Source: Spizellomyces punctatus DAOM BR117 (lineage: Eukaryota). Taken from it: a DNA stretch of 64,000 nucleotides. Where the stretch lies: assembly GCA_000182565.2 (NCBI GenBank), contig KQ257457.1; one strand, written 5' to 3'. This document shows positions 51,933-64,000 of the stretch, piece after piece. The stretch's first letter is position 1; each line of letters opens with the position of its first letter. The translations under genes and the position numbers were made by a program. Under the pieces are notes generated by a model. That model worked only from the letters and a program-made list of their open reading frames with translations. It was not told where the DNA came from and ran no database searches.

Positions 51933-52931
51933 TTATAACTCTCGGACATTACTGTCTTCTCCATCTTGCTCTCCTATTCGGTCCATACTTTGCAATTTGG
52001 ATTTTAAATACTCGGTTTGATCTCGTGTTAGACCAAAGGACTCGAGAACTCTTTCATCTGGTACTTGGTCTCCACATTCTTGTTCTAGTTGTTCTATACG
52101 CTTGTCAAGGGATGCGAGTACCACTGATGCATTTCGTTCGGTAATGGGCGTTGGGAGACGTTGTGATCGGGTTAGGAGATATCGAGCGTGGGTGAGGGAG
52201 AGGAGTGCCCATGGTTTACATTCTTTGGAAAGGGAAAGGATGGCAGCAATTTCTTGCCAGGCGTTCGGGTCGTTTGTTCTAATGTTTAAATACGTGATGA
52301 ACCGGTCGAGTGCCTTTACTGGTCGATGATTAAGACGGAGAAGATGGGCTCGAAAGAAAAGTTGTCCGGGTTCCTTGGACATCTTGAACCTTCATGAGCG
52401 ATACACCACATTATTAGGATAAACCCAATATGCACCAACCTCTAGCGGCTCGGTAATCAGTAGAGCTTGATCCACTCGTCCAAGCTTTAATGCACATCTC
52501 CCAGCAATTTCTAGTGCCTCCCCCGCTTTCATGGGTTTCGGTAACGCCGAATTGAGGTGAAGGTATTCGAGGGAGAGAGAAAGGGCAGCATCATAGTTTT
52601 TATAAAGATAGTGGTGTTCCATGGCATTAACGAGTTCATTTGGACCCAGTTTTGTATTGAAGCGTTTTGAGAGTGGGTCAGGATTTTTATGAAACCACTA
52701 ATATGGTCTGTGTTTGAGTATTATTCCGCAGGTGCAACGGACAATGCATATTTAATAGGCACTTACACCATCCAATGTGGCATTCATTCGATAGGACCAG
52801 TCAATAAAATGTCGTTGTCGTTTGGGTGCGACAGGTTCGTCTGCTTGGAGGATTTGGAAAAGCCATTCGTCATCCTCTGCAAATTGGAATAGCCCATGAC
52901 TTTCGACCGCCGTGTCCTCTTGTACTTGCAT
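51933..52931 (-). CDS. TPR-like protein, possibly C8orf76-like
   Basis: Three exons. Acidic F.F.EDD..LF N-terminus, WF, then TPR-like YKNYDAAL..EALEIAGRCALKLGRVDQAL. Family resemblance is from memory. Confidence 0.55.
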
Positions 52932-53860
52932 TCCCTCAAGACCCAAACCCTAATCTCAACAAAGGTTCCCTTGAACAGATCTCTCTACACATGCGTTTCC
53001 GGACAGCCCAAAAACCGCCTTGTCCAAATGCACGTGACTGTCAATTTGGGGTCATCTCTTGGGGGGTGTTTGGGTTGTGGGTTCACCTTTAAGTGCTTTT
53101 CCTAGTTTTTTGTTGTTTGTTTCCTCTTTACATTCGGCACTTGCAGAAGGTTACATACGGACGAGTTGTTTTATTTTGCAAGACTGGACGATAACTGGAG
53201 GTGGGCTATACCATTTTGTGTGAGGAGATGGCGGAGATGGGGACTATCGCTGTTGGTTGGAAAAAACGGGCGTTTTTCAAAGGGAGGGAACCTATGTCGT
53301 TTTTTTCAAATGATGATGGATGAGGGTGGAGTGTTTCTCTGGGTTTGGAGGAAGGTGTTGCATCGAATGGGATGGTGGATGGAAACAAGAGCCCTAAAGT
53401 CCTGGTAGACTGCAGTTCAACCACGAGGCAGGGGCCATTTTTCGGAAATTTTTGGATTATTTGGGATATGTGGATGTTTGCGTGTGTGGATGTTGACATG
53501 CCTAAAAGTGTTCTTGCCAGATGGATTAACTTTTTCGATTTTGTGTGCAGAGTGCCTAAGTTCGCCTCCATATCAAAAGCGATACATTGTAGCTGTGGAC
53601 AAAGAGCGCTGTATATAGTTTAGCATTTTGGTGAGTGGTTTTCCGAGTATTGTGGCAGAATACTCTGTATTCCGCAAATGTTATCAAGCCGGGCAAAAAC
53701 GGGTTCCCTTGTGTTGACGTGTTATTAATAATGCCGCCTCGCGTTTATGCTTTTTAGCAGTATCTCGCGGGCCCCTTTTCAATTCATTCGTTGCAAGCAA
53801 AATACGAAAATCTTTGCATAAAGGCCGGGTGAAAAAGCCATCGCGACTCATGCTCAAGTC

Positions 53861-56800
53861 ATGATCACACATGTTGATCCTAAACACCAAAACTTGGACG
53901 ACAGCCCCTCTATACAAAAACACGGATACAGTAGATCTGCGCATTGTCGGACTGGTGGTGCTGCTACTCAGCGTGGCGTCTCGGTCGACATGGATCGGAA
54001 ACAGGGCCTTGTACGGGAAATTGTGGTGAACCCAGATGGATCGTTGGGGGAGAGCGTTTTAGTGCCTAAACCTTTGGGCATACATGAGGCAGACCTTTTA
54101 GTTGATGCAAGACATATACCCGCCGATTCGGCAGCCTTGAATTCTGTACAGAGTCTTGGTCGTCCGCGCCAACCTTCTCGGTCTCCTCACACGACGCCCG
54201 AGACCTCAAATGGCGCCCACGCCCCGGATAATAGACGAAGATGGCAGGAAAGAAACCTCAATGGCCAGATAATGCAAGCTAGATTGAAGCCTTCACCGGG
54301 ATCGATTGTTACGGCTAAATCTCAAGCATCCCCGTTTTTGGACTCGGATTCGGATGTTTCGCCCATGTCCGCCATTCCACCCATTTCGGAATCGGATGTA
54401 TCCTCTGGGACATCCGATCGAATACCAAGTGCTGGTGCACTCGAGTATACCATCCCAAGAACAGTGTCTCAAACAGCACCACTCGGAACAGCCACGGATG
54501 GGTGTGGCGCATTGAGCAAATCCGACAATGGACTGACAGATTCGACTGCATCTATGGCGAGTGAGAACCTTGGACACTTGAAGCGGTCTCGACGTGGTGT
54601 ACAGCAAAGTTTGCCACATTCGGAACCGGCTCGAGGTCCTTCTCGGAGGTTGCGAAATTTGTCTGATCCTGCTTCCCCTCCTTTACCCGGTTTCCCGTCG
54701 AAAAGAGAAAAATTGGGGAATGTAACTAGTCTGCGGTATGTCATTGCATGTTAAACCTATAAGACAAGTGTATGTAGATAACGCTGAACCTTTTTTTTTG
54801 GCTTCAAAGACATCAAGAAGAGTGTACGGTTAGTTCGGGATCCGAAGAGCACCCCGCTCCGACCGCAACACCCTCTACATCTACCTCAAGACCGCCAGGG
54901 AACCAAAAGCCAAACAAGCCCAAAGAACCACCAACTACACCTGCCAATACGGATGTCAGAGACGATACACTTGGGGACGCAGAGAACACATCAACGAAAC
55001 GCCCAAAATCATCCAAAAAGTCCAAAACAAACTCTAGTAAGACGGAAACGGGGCCTACCAAGTGGAATGGGGTGTATGTTCCTGCTGGGCTTGCGAATCC
55101 ATTTGCAAAGCGCCCCGTATCGGGTGGACGGGAGGATATGGAACTTTCGGGGGATGTAGATATGATACGGTTTGGAAGGGTGGAGAATGAGAGTCTTTTG
55201 CCTGAAGGAGTTCATCAGAGGTGGGTGTGGTTTTATGTTTTGGTTGTTGGATTTGTGAATTCTGATTGGCGTGAAAACTTGTATAGCTCAGAGATGTCTA
55301 GGCGCGATAGTTTATCCAATGGCACAGGCCCCCCAAGTGACACCTCAACCGTTCGAAGTGTGAAGGATGCAGGTGGTAGCTCTCCGCCGAGACATTCTTC
55401 CCGCTTGGGTGTTGGGGAGAAAGATACTGATGAGCTAAAGGTGAGATACTCGCTGGAAAAAGGATCCGACATTGACTGATCTATATGTTTCCTGATATAG
55501 ACACAGCACAACGATGACCACTGCTCTGCGTGCTTGGGTCGTGGTCGACTACTCTGTTGTGATTCTTGTCCGAGGGCATTCCATTTTCATTGTGTAGAGG
55601 AGGGATTTGAAAGTGTTGAGGATGTGCCGGAGGAAAGTTGGGAGTGTAGAAATTGTCGTGCTAAAAAGGTAAGCATCACCAAATGTCTCTCATGCGTGAC
55701 TCAAGGAGCTGACTGAGCTTTGGTTTGTTAGCGACGAGTGGCACTGGGTATGAGCAAGAAGGGAAAGAAACCCCGACCATCACTACCCCCGTTTTCCGGC
55801 ACGCCTACAACAAAGACGGGGATCTTTGAACCGCTCCTACAAGCACTCGACGGAATGAATCCCAGAGTTTTTGAGCTACCCCGAGAGATTACAACGAGTT
55901 TTGAAAATGTTTTTGCGCATCCCATTACAGGGGCTTTTGTAGATACCCGCGAGATTGAAGTTGCTCGACATGGCAAATCTCTCAAACCCAGTCGCAAGGG
56001 GATTGTCACAGGTGCGGGCACCGTAGTAGGAGAGGGGCCCATTGAAACTCGACGACCTGGCGAACTGCACTGCTGCTTCAAATGCGGCAAGACTGGGTTG
56101 AAAATCATACAAACCTCGTTTCTGTCATCCCATTCTGTCCCTCAACCCCGATCTTGCTTTGGTCGACCTCAAGCCGTCCGAACGGAGCTCGTGAAATGCG
56201 ACTATTGTCCCCTTTATTGGCATTTGGACTGTCTGGATCCGCCTTTGACTGGCGTTCCCCCCGAACTGAAAGAGGATGAAAAAGAAGTAGTGGACGTTGG
56301 AACGTGGAATCAATTGAGGATAAGAACCTGGGGACCGAGCGCAGCGTTAGAAATGGATGGACTTGAAAAGACCAAACCAAACAAACCGCGAGCAGAAATT
56401 GGTAATGTACAAAATGGGGAAGAGGATGGTGCGTCTGGAAGCAAAAAGAGTACACAAGCTTCTGGCCGCGCGGAGGCGGGTATGATTCAGCTGAGGAAAA
56501 AGTGGATGTGTCCTTGTCATGTGGATTGGTCGTTGCCAAAGTTGAGGATAAATAGTGGGTGGAAGTGGGTTGAGGTTACGGTGGACGACAACAAGTCGGA
56601 AGAAAAAGCCGTGACTAAAGCTGTGACTCCGAGCAAACGATCGGCAGAGGGAATTTCGGAGGGAAAGGGCCATGCGGATCCTTTGGGTTCTGCCAAGAAG
56701 GTCCGTACTGGGTCAGTAAACTTGAGTAGCAAAGACGTGGAAGATGGCCACAGCAAGAGCAAAAGTACACCAGTGGTAAAGAAAGAGACGACTCAACCGG

Positions 56801-57646
56801 ACCCACACCCAAAGATAATCACAAACGTCAGTCGAAACAATGGATACATTGAAGTTATTAACGACCCGGCAACGAATGATCACTACTCGGGCTTTTCACC
56901 CTTTAAACCCAAGCGCCAACAAAAACGCAAGGAACGTGATGAAGAAGAGCTGGAATTTGGTGGCGTCAAGTACCGGTTACCGGAACGCCGCATCAAACTC
57001 GACTTTATCGACCGCGTACACAGCTTGAAAGACCTACGCACCGACGACCGAGTTCTAAACGACAAGAAAGTGGTACGCAGGAAGGTGAACGGCGAGTGGG
57101 AGTTTGATAGCGAATGGCTCGAAGGCAAATTTGGAGCTGTTGGACGGAGCTTTCGTAGCAGAATTGGAGAGCTGTACCATTCTCAGAACGTGGAGGCTAC
57201 ATTTGGTGGGAGTGTGCTCGGATATGCCGCCGTTGTTGCGGAACCCGGGGTTGCGGAGAAATATGCGGGGGAAATGCGGGCTACGGATGAAGAGGCCCAG
57301 GAGGTAGGTTCTCATTACTGTACTATCGCTTTGCATCCCGAATACAGTGCTGACTGATGACTGATTCCCGCGATATTTGCAGTGGTTACAGTCGGTCACA
57401 ATGATGCAAACCGAGCTAGCCCACCTTTTAAATATGCGACGAGCAGCAAATTCATTCCAAGCACTCACGACAAATCCATCACCAACAGTCAATGGCACCG
57501 ACACCAAAACTCCAAGCTCGCCCAAAGTACAAACACAACCTAAAAGTGATTGCACCCCGCCAAATGAAAACGAAACGATTCTTTTGCGGAGGGATGATCC
57601 TGATTGGGTGGCTTTTTGTCAATGGCGACAAGAACAACGGGGTTGA
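53861..57646 (+). CDS. RCO1: Double-PHD finger chromatin protein, Rco1/PHF12-like (Rpd3S subunit)
   Basis: NDDHCSACLGRGRLLCCDSCPRAFHFHC, NPRVFELP..F, CDYCPLYWHLDCLDPPL..KWMCPCH, NNGYIEV, YRLPERRIKLDFI. Start could be 53861 or 53990. Confidence 0.85.
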
Positions 57647-58095
57647 AATGGACTCTTTTTTTTTTTGCATGCATGTCCACCATTTTTTTTGTGTGTGTGT
57701 GTATTGCTATGGATTTTTTTTTATATTTATTGGAATGAATGAGTTGCTCTTTTTGAAATTTTTTTTGTAAGTGGATGATGCAGAGATGCCAGCTGCTTGG
57801 AAGATGGTTTTTTTGGAGCGAGTACCAGGAAACTCACTATGATGTTATCATCACCTCCCCTGCATTGGAGGTCAATCAAAAAGTTCTAAAGCCTCAAGTC
57901 TTTTTGCGGGAGTCTAAGTGGTGGAGAAATGCCAGTCAATTTGTTAATTACTCCGCAAGAGCAACTTATGATTTTTGGCACTGCATCATGCGAGTTGCGT
58001 GGCGCATTTGTAATTGCAAAGCCAAGCAGGAATGATATAAACGCTGCTAGCATTTTTCATCTCTTTCACTTTAAGTTTTGTTCAAAAAGTCCATC

Positions 58096-58650
58096 ATGCC
58101 TCAAGCGGAATGGAACGGTGTCGGTGAGTATTTAGCACTAGACCATTTTCTTTTGCTTTGCTGACTGGCGAGACATTGGGCAGTACTCGCCCAATCAGAC
58201 AAGTACGAAACAGTTGAAAACAACATTTACGTGCGTATCTTGATAATCCTCCACAACATGGCCGCTTTACAAAAAACTGAACAGTTTCCGTAAATGACCC
58301 AGTTTCCTCCTGACTCTATTCGTAAAGAATACTTTAAACCCAGCGCAACGCACAGTACTTGTCCTTGGAAAGGCGGTATGGCTTTCATTGGTTACAGCTG
58401 AACTACATTGGATCATGACGCTTTCTTTGCTACGATAGTCGCCAGTTACTACACTCTAGTGGTCAATGGTAAAGAAAATAAGGACGCTGCATGGTTTTAT
58501 CCGGACCCGAAACCTGCTGCCAAAAATATCGCAGGATATATTGCCTTTTGGAAGGTGAGTACCGATCAACGGTTTTTTTTGGACAAATAAAAAAACAGCA
58601 CAAGACTGACAACTCTTTTGTTTTTGAAGGGTGTTCAAGTGACGCCTTAG
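58096..58650 (+). CDS. DUF427 family protein
   Basis: Five exons spliced by eye: MPQAEWNGVVLAQSDKYETVENNIYFPPDSIRKEYFKPSATHSTCPWKGVASYYTLVVNGKENKDAAWFYPDPKPAAKNIAGYIAFWKGVQVTP. Confidence 0.9.
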
Positions 58651-59132
58651 GTCTTGTTGGCTGCGCATGATGTGTTGATGATTACATAATACGACCTGAA
58701 GGATCGTGTGTCGTGTTCAGCTCGACCCGCATCGTCTTTTTTTTTTATATCTCCGTTTTGCAGTTTTGGGATCCCTGAACCCTTTTTGATGTCTTACTTT
58801 TTTTTATTTTTGGAAACTTTGGACTGCATCTTGAACGGAGATGTAATGTACTATAAAAAAACATAAAGGTTTTTTTACAAGTCGGACAATGAGAGTGTGC
58901 TTTAAGCCGTCCCGTCCTTAATCTTTTAGACAGGCCAGAGTTTATCGGCGTGTTTACTTTCTCTTTTGCCCACAAAATGGTCTGCACTTTACAAGCACGT
59001 CGATCATCCTTTTCCACTGTCCTCAATCTTCGCAGCGTGGCCTATGCTACAACCAAGCAACGAGCATGCAGCATATGGGTTTCTTCGCCTTCTATCCTGT
59101 ATCAACATCGTAAACAGCCACATGCAGCACTG

Positions 59133-60778
59133 ATGATGGAGGATATCATACACGCTATTTGCCAGCAGATTGAGGATAGAAAGGATTTGGTTGCCGCTGC
59201 GTTGTGCTGTAGGAGGTGGAAAGAGGCCAGTACCCCATTGTTATGGAGGGAGTTGACGATTGGGACCCGAATACCTGGTGTGTTAAACTTTGCGCTGTAT
59301 TGTTTGAGACTGCAGATCTTTCTCGTGTGGTTTAGAAATAACAATGTTTGACATCTACAGGAGACATTTGCAAGTTTACTAAACTCGCCAATGTTGGTTC
59401 TATCGGTGAACTCCACGACCTTATCGACATTGACTACATTTGCACACCCTCCGACACCACCCGTCTCCAACTCTTGCTTTGCGCTCTCCATACCAACCCC
59501 CATCGCGCCGGCCATGTCCGGTCCATATCTATCCACCTCGAATGTCATTTTACATCCTTCATTCGATATAACCGAAACAGCTACATTGATTTCGACGACG
59601 AGGATGTTTCTGCCAATGTCAAGGAAAAAGCTTGGCAGACCTTTGTCTCTCGTGCGGGTCTTTGCATGCGGATCCTCAAACTGTTGCCGCGGCTAGAGAC
59701 CGTTCATTTGACGTTGGAAGTACGATTGGAGGAGCATTGGCGAGATGAATTCGACACTCTTTTGAAAGAGTTTGCTGAGACGGTGTCCCAAAGTGGAGTA
59801 CCAAGAGTCAAGCGATTTCATTTATGCGTTGGTCCGAATGCCGTCATACCGTCTCCAAAGGGCATTACTGAAATGTTCTCATCTGGGCAAGTCATACCGT
59901 CTCCCCGATCTGTTCAACTGTGTTCATGGCATGCTTGGTCACCATCGGATGTCGTGGACCTGTTACAAAATGTGGGACCTCTCCAAATGCTTGTATTGAA
60001 AAACGGAGCAGCTGTCAATGCCTCTGTACTGCAAGCAATGGTGCGTCATGCCCCCTCATTGCAACAGCTAGAAATCTCGGATACTCAACGTGTAGCAGAC
60101 AATGTACTGTTTGATGAAGTTTTACCGAGCGCATATAATTTACTGGATCTGACACTGGACGGAGCTGTCGTAACATGGGCGCACTCCTCTTCAAAACGAT
60201 ATACACTAGGATGTACCCGTCTCGTGCACCTGAATGTAAACCGTTGCATTCGTCTCCCGGGAGGTTTCTTTGACGCTGTCGCGCGTACATGCCCCCTCTT
60301 GGAAACTCTATGGGCCCGCGACAATCCAGCCATCACCGACACCCATGTCAGAGATATACTCCACGGCTGCAAAAGACTATCCAACATGGATCTAAGTCGT
60401 TGCGAAAATCTGAGCATCACAGCCTTGCATCACGTCGCAGAGGCTTGTCTACCACTACTCAAAAATATCAACATGCAGGGGTGTCCCCGTATTGTCGCCT
60501 ATGGTGGCGCCGGCGTTGCCATTCGCATTGCAGAAAGCTGCCCGCGTATGCGAGAGCTCAAAGTGGGTCCAGTGCACCAAAAGGCCTTAACGGTGGGATG
60601 GAGAGTCTTGGCAAATTTGCATCGTGTGAGTGATCACCCCGAAATGCCTGCAGCGCATCTGTTGCATTTGCATTGCGATCGTTATGTTGCGTTGAATATG
60701 ACCTTGTTGCGAAAGTATGTCGCTTGTGCTGAACACCTTCTTAAAGAAGTCTTTAGCGAGGAGTCAGCTGGTATATAG
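59133..60778 (+). CDS. F-box/leucine-rich repeat protein
   Basis: F-box-like EDIIHAICQQI..DLVAAALCCRRW. Intron ~59278-59360. Cys-containing LRRs (CPLLETL, CKRLSNMDLSRCENLS, LKNINMQGCPRI). Confidence 0.8.
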
Positions 60779-61093
60779 ATAGGTAGATAGTATTAATTCT
60801 CAGTGTAGAGAAGATTTAGAGATAAACAGCGCCCTTTAGGTTGAAGCTTTTTGCAGTTCAGGCAAATATCGGTTGGATGGTAAACGGTCAACAACAACGT
60901 TATTCAAACGCAAGATCAATCCATCTTTCTGAATTCGTGAAATATGAGTTATATGATTCTCTGTATGCTTATCCGCCTGCACAGCAGGGCAGAAGATAAA
61001 TACATTTACTCCATGTCGCATATATGTAATACAACATGTACTCTATTCTATAATATTCTACAAATACGAGATAACACTAAATAATGACCGGAA

Positions 61094-62679
61094 TCAAGCT
61101 TCCCAGGGCGCAACATGTGCCCGTGAACCTTGTGCCAAAGGTTTAATTACAGTTACATCAACGGCTGACACGTGCCCGTTGGAATGAGTAGGCACCGCTG
61201 GGGATGAGGTTGGAAGGTTAAAGGCATTGATGTCGCTGGGTGTTGATAGCGTGGTGGAAGAGGCAATCATTTTCGCACTATTGACGTTAGTCCGAACAGT
61301 AGACGCTCTCGGAAGGGTGCCTTTCGAGGGAGACAGTTCAAGGCATGCAGGCAATGGCGCAATCTTGGCACTGTCTGGTATCCAAGATGGTGGATCGTAT
61401 GAGGAGATGGGGCGAATCTTTGGAAGTTCCCAGGCCATGGGTTGGGGTGAAAACCGCTTTGAAAAATTAGGTTTAAGTTTGTCGTCAAAATGCGTACGCG
61501 ATATGGCTCGGCGCCGAAGAATATAAAGAAATGTTCCCAAAAGTATGAGGACCGCCAGCACGATTCCAACAATGGCTCCCGCGGACATGCCACGTTGGCT
61601 ATTGTCGGTTCCCGTTGACTGCGAGGTACTAGCGGCGACAGGTGCTGATGGCGGTGGCAATAGTTCATTGGGCAGTTGCCCTGTAAATTAAAATTGTGAG
61701 ATCAAAGCCATGCAAATCTCGTCAGGGCAACACCCATTCATACCTTGCTTATACAAGGAAATGCGTATGCCGTTATCACGGTTCCCCCCGCAACTATTGT
61801 AGAGCCCAGTACCCTTGTAACGACAAGCGTTATCACATTCTGATGGTGGAGATTTCTGCCATTGAGTGGCATTGACTGTATCTCCAAAACAAATGCGCCC
61901 TCCAGGTCCAATCGAACATGCATCCAGACCCCGCTGGGCACATATTGCGAGACAGTCTTCTGGTGGAACATCATGAGTCAGAATGGTTGACAGTCCCGGA
62001 GGTCCCTTGACGGATTGATAGCATCCTGCAGGTTCTCACATTAGAGGCCAATTGATGCCCACAAATGCAACTGGTGTGGTCTTACCTTCCAAGTACCATT
62101 TTTTGGCTCTATCTTCGGGGGCAACTTCAGGGGGTAGCGGGGTGGAAGGAGTACCTTGATATGAGATGCTTCCATTGCCTCTACCGACTTCGTACACGGC
62201 GATATTGAAGCCTAAACCGAGCGCCCTAAATCCACCACATCCACCGTCTATCTTTCCGCGCAGCGGACAAGGTGTTGAGCACTTTTGATCCGGAATTACT
62301 CCACCTTTCCGCCAGTCCCCCGTCCATGGCCCTCCCAAACAGAGTCCCCCGCCATTTGTCACTTTATTCTGAGGTATTACTCCACAGGCGGTCAAGCCGT
62401 ATGAATCGCACATTTGCAGGCACGCCTCCAGAGTTCCCTGCTGCCCGGTTTTCTCGACGACCTCTGACAGCGTCCCCAGGTTCACTGGGAAGATGTGATT
62501 GTTTCCACTGGGGTCGTCTTCGTAGCAGCCAGCATATCTAAAGTCAAGCTGAATGGTCTCTGTGGACAGTCTATCAGCAAAACAAGTACGCGTTTTCGTC
62601 GCTTTCAATACGCCTACCAACCTGCTGCCAGAGCACCGGTCGCCATCATTGCCAGAACGCTGTAGGAATTCAGGCGCAT
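61094..62679 (-). CDS. WSC-domain single-pass membrane protein
   Basis: Signal peptide MRLNSYSVLAMMATGALAA, WSC-like YAGCYED..TLEACLQMC..CSTPC..CGG, a second Cys-rich unit, and TM MSAGAIVGIVLAVLILLGTFLYILRRR. Confidence 0.75.
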
Positions 62680-63259
62680 TGTGACATGTTCATGATGTCA
62701 AAAAAAAAAGGAGATTGCGGGCGAAACCCCTCGCACACTAATCATCTTTCATCCAAAGTGTCCAGAACACGTGACACCGGGGAGGAGATTCTGAACGTCA
62801 CACTTGCTGGTCAGTTGTTGCGGAGCTGAAACTGGTCTGGCTTTATCATCAGTTCGATAGCGTAAGGGAAGCATTTGCTTTCATGCTTTTAACGAAAACC
62901 AGCAAATGATTTGTAGTTATGTGTTGTCGTTTTGTCCAGCATTTGGGGGGGATTATCGCCCAGTTCGCCCCGACAAGGGCTATCCAGCTGACAAGGTGTC
63001 GCCCAACAGGAACAGCCAGCGACTAGAGTGGGTGCCAATGAGTGGTCTAATCCCGTCCGTGCTCCAATTGCAATCCTATCTATTAGTTGTAGCGAGTCGG
63101 TGGCCAGCAGTCCGTAATATCTACCAAATCCCAATTTGGTCAAAGTTGACAGTCTCCGTATTAAACATCCCGAAATTAAGCAACTCCACAACTATATACA
63201 AAATTAATCCAGAATACATGTCAGACAATATACAACAGTCAATCTCTCCACCGCAAGTT

Positions 63260-63705
63260 TCACTGAGTAGAAGGCAGAGGGGTTGCTGCCACAGGAGCGG
63301 ACGACCCGGCTGATCTCAATGCGCCAGTTTGCCACAGGACGATCAGGATCACCACCGCTAGCAAGAACAGCACAAGACAGGCCAGACAGACTTGCATTTT
63401 GACATTCTGCCACCACATTTTTCTTCGCACTTCTTTGGCAGACTTTTTGAACCGATTCGCTTGCGTTGCGAGGTTCTCTGTTTTCCCCTGTAGCTGTTCG
63501 AGATTCTCCCCTCGTGCCATGAGCTTTTGGATATTATCTTGGGCAATATCGACAGTTTCATTGACTTCTTTCAACACCTGTGAATGACAACATTATAACC
63601 AAGTCCTTCTGAGATTGTACACCTTCTGTCAATTACCTGTTCGGTTTTGGTTGGCACCGGCTGGTATGAAGCAGCCTTCCCATTGTTTGCTGGAACCGCT
63701 TGCAT
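63260..63705 (-). CDS. Synaptobrevin/VAMP-family R-SNARE
   Basis: EVNETVDIAQDNIQKLMARGENLEQLQGKTENL..FKKSAKEVRRKMWWQNVK plus a TM anchor. An extra upstream exon is possible. Confidence 0.9.
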
Positions 63706-64000
63706 GATGTGACAGTGGATATCAACGGTCTGGGGGAAGCTCTGGAGATGAATGCAAATAATCCAACGCTTTAAAACGTTCGAGCCGTTGAGTAGCTAGC
63801 GCGGGGCGGAGCAGCTCGACGTTGCAAGGCTGAGTGCCCTGTGGCACAGTCATCGTTCTCTGTATGCTAAAGGCAACGACGTTTCGCTGACATCTTCTTG
63901 GTTCAGATTCTTGCCCTGAACTACCCTCTTGACCTGACTCTAGGTATAGTGTTCGGATCGGAGAAGTTGACATGAGAATATGGTTCGCAAGGTGACGCTG

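Overview
Eukaryotic, intron-rich fungal DNA with about 27 tightly packed protein-coding genes. Short GT-AG introns, a Zn2Cys6 factor and several genes more typical of animals or early-diverging fungi (AGGF1-, BCAS3-, RBM18-, C8orf76-like) point to a chytrid. Spizellomyces punctatus or a relative is inferred, not proven. There are three identical tRNA-Lys(CTT) genes and a 606-N assembly gap. The standout is a ~760-bp non-coding element at 7637-8396 with 30-bp imperfect terminal inverted repeats (26/30), TA at both ends and CATA at the left junction. Its right end (8324-8396) folds into two stems and closely resembles my recollection of the omegaRNA scaffold of the S. punctatus Fanzor1 RNA-guided endonuclease. 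I read it as a protein-less 'ghost' Fanzor/OMEGA transposon that could still express a guide RNA (guide = right flank, ~8397-8411) aimed at its own empty allele. It sits 88 bp upstream of a tRNA gene. Gene spans include introns, exon boundaries were read by eye, and several 5' ends are uncertain.
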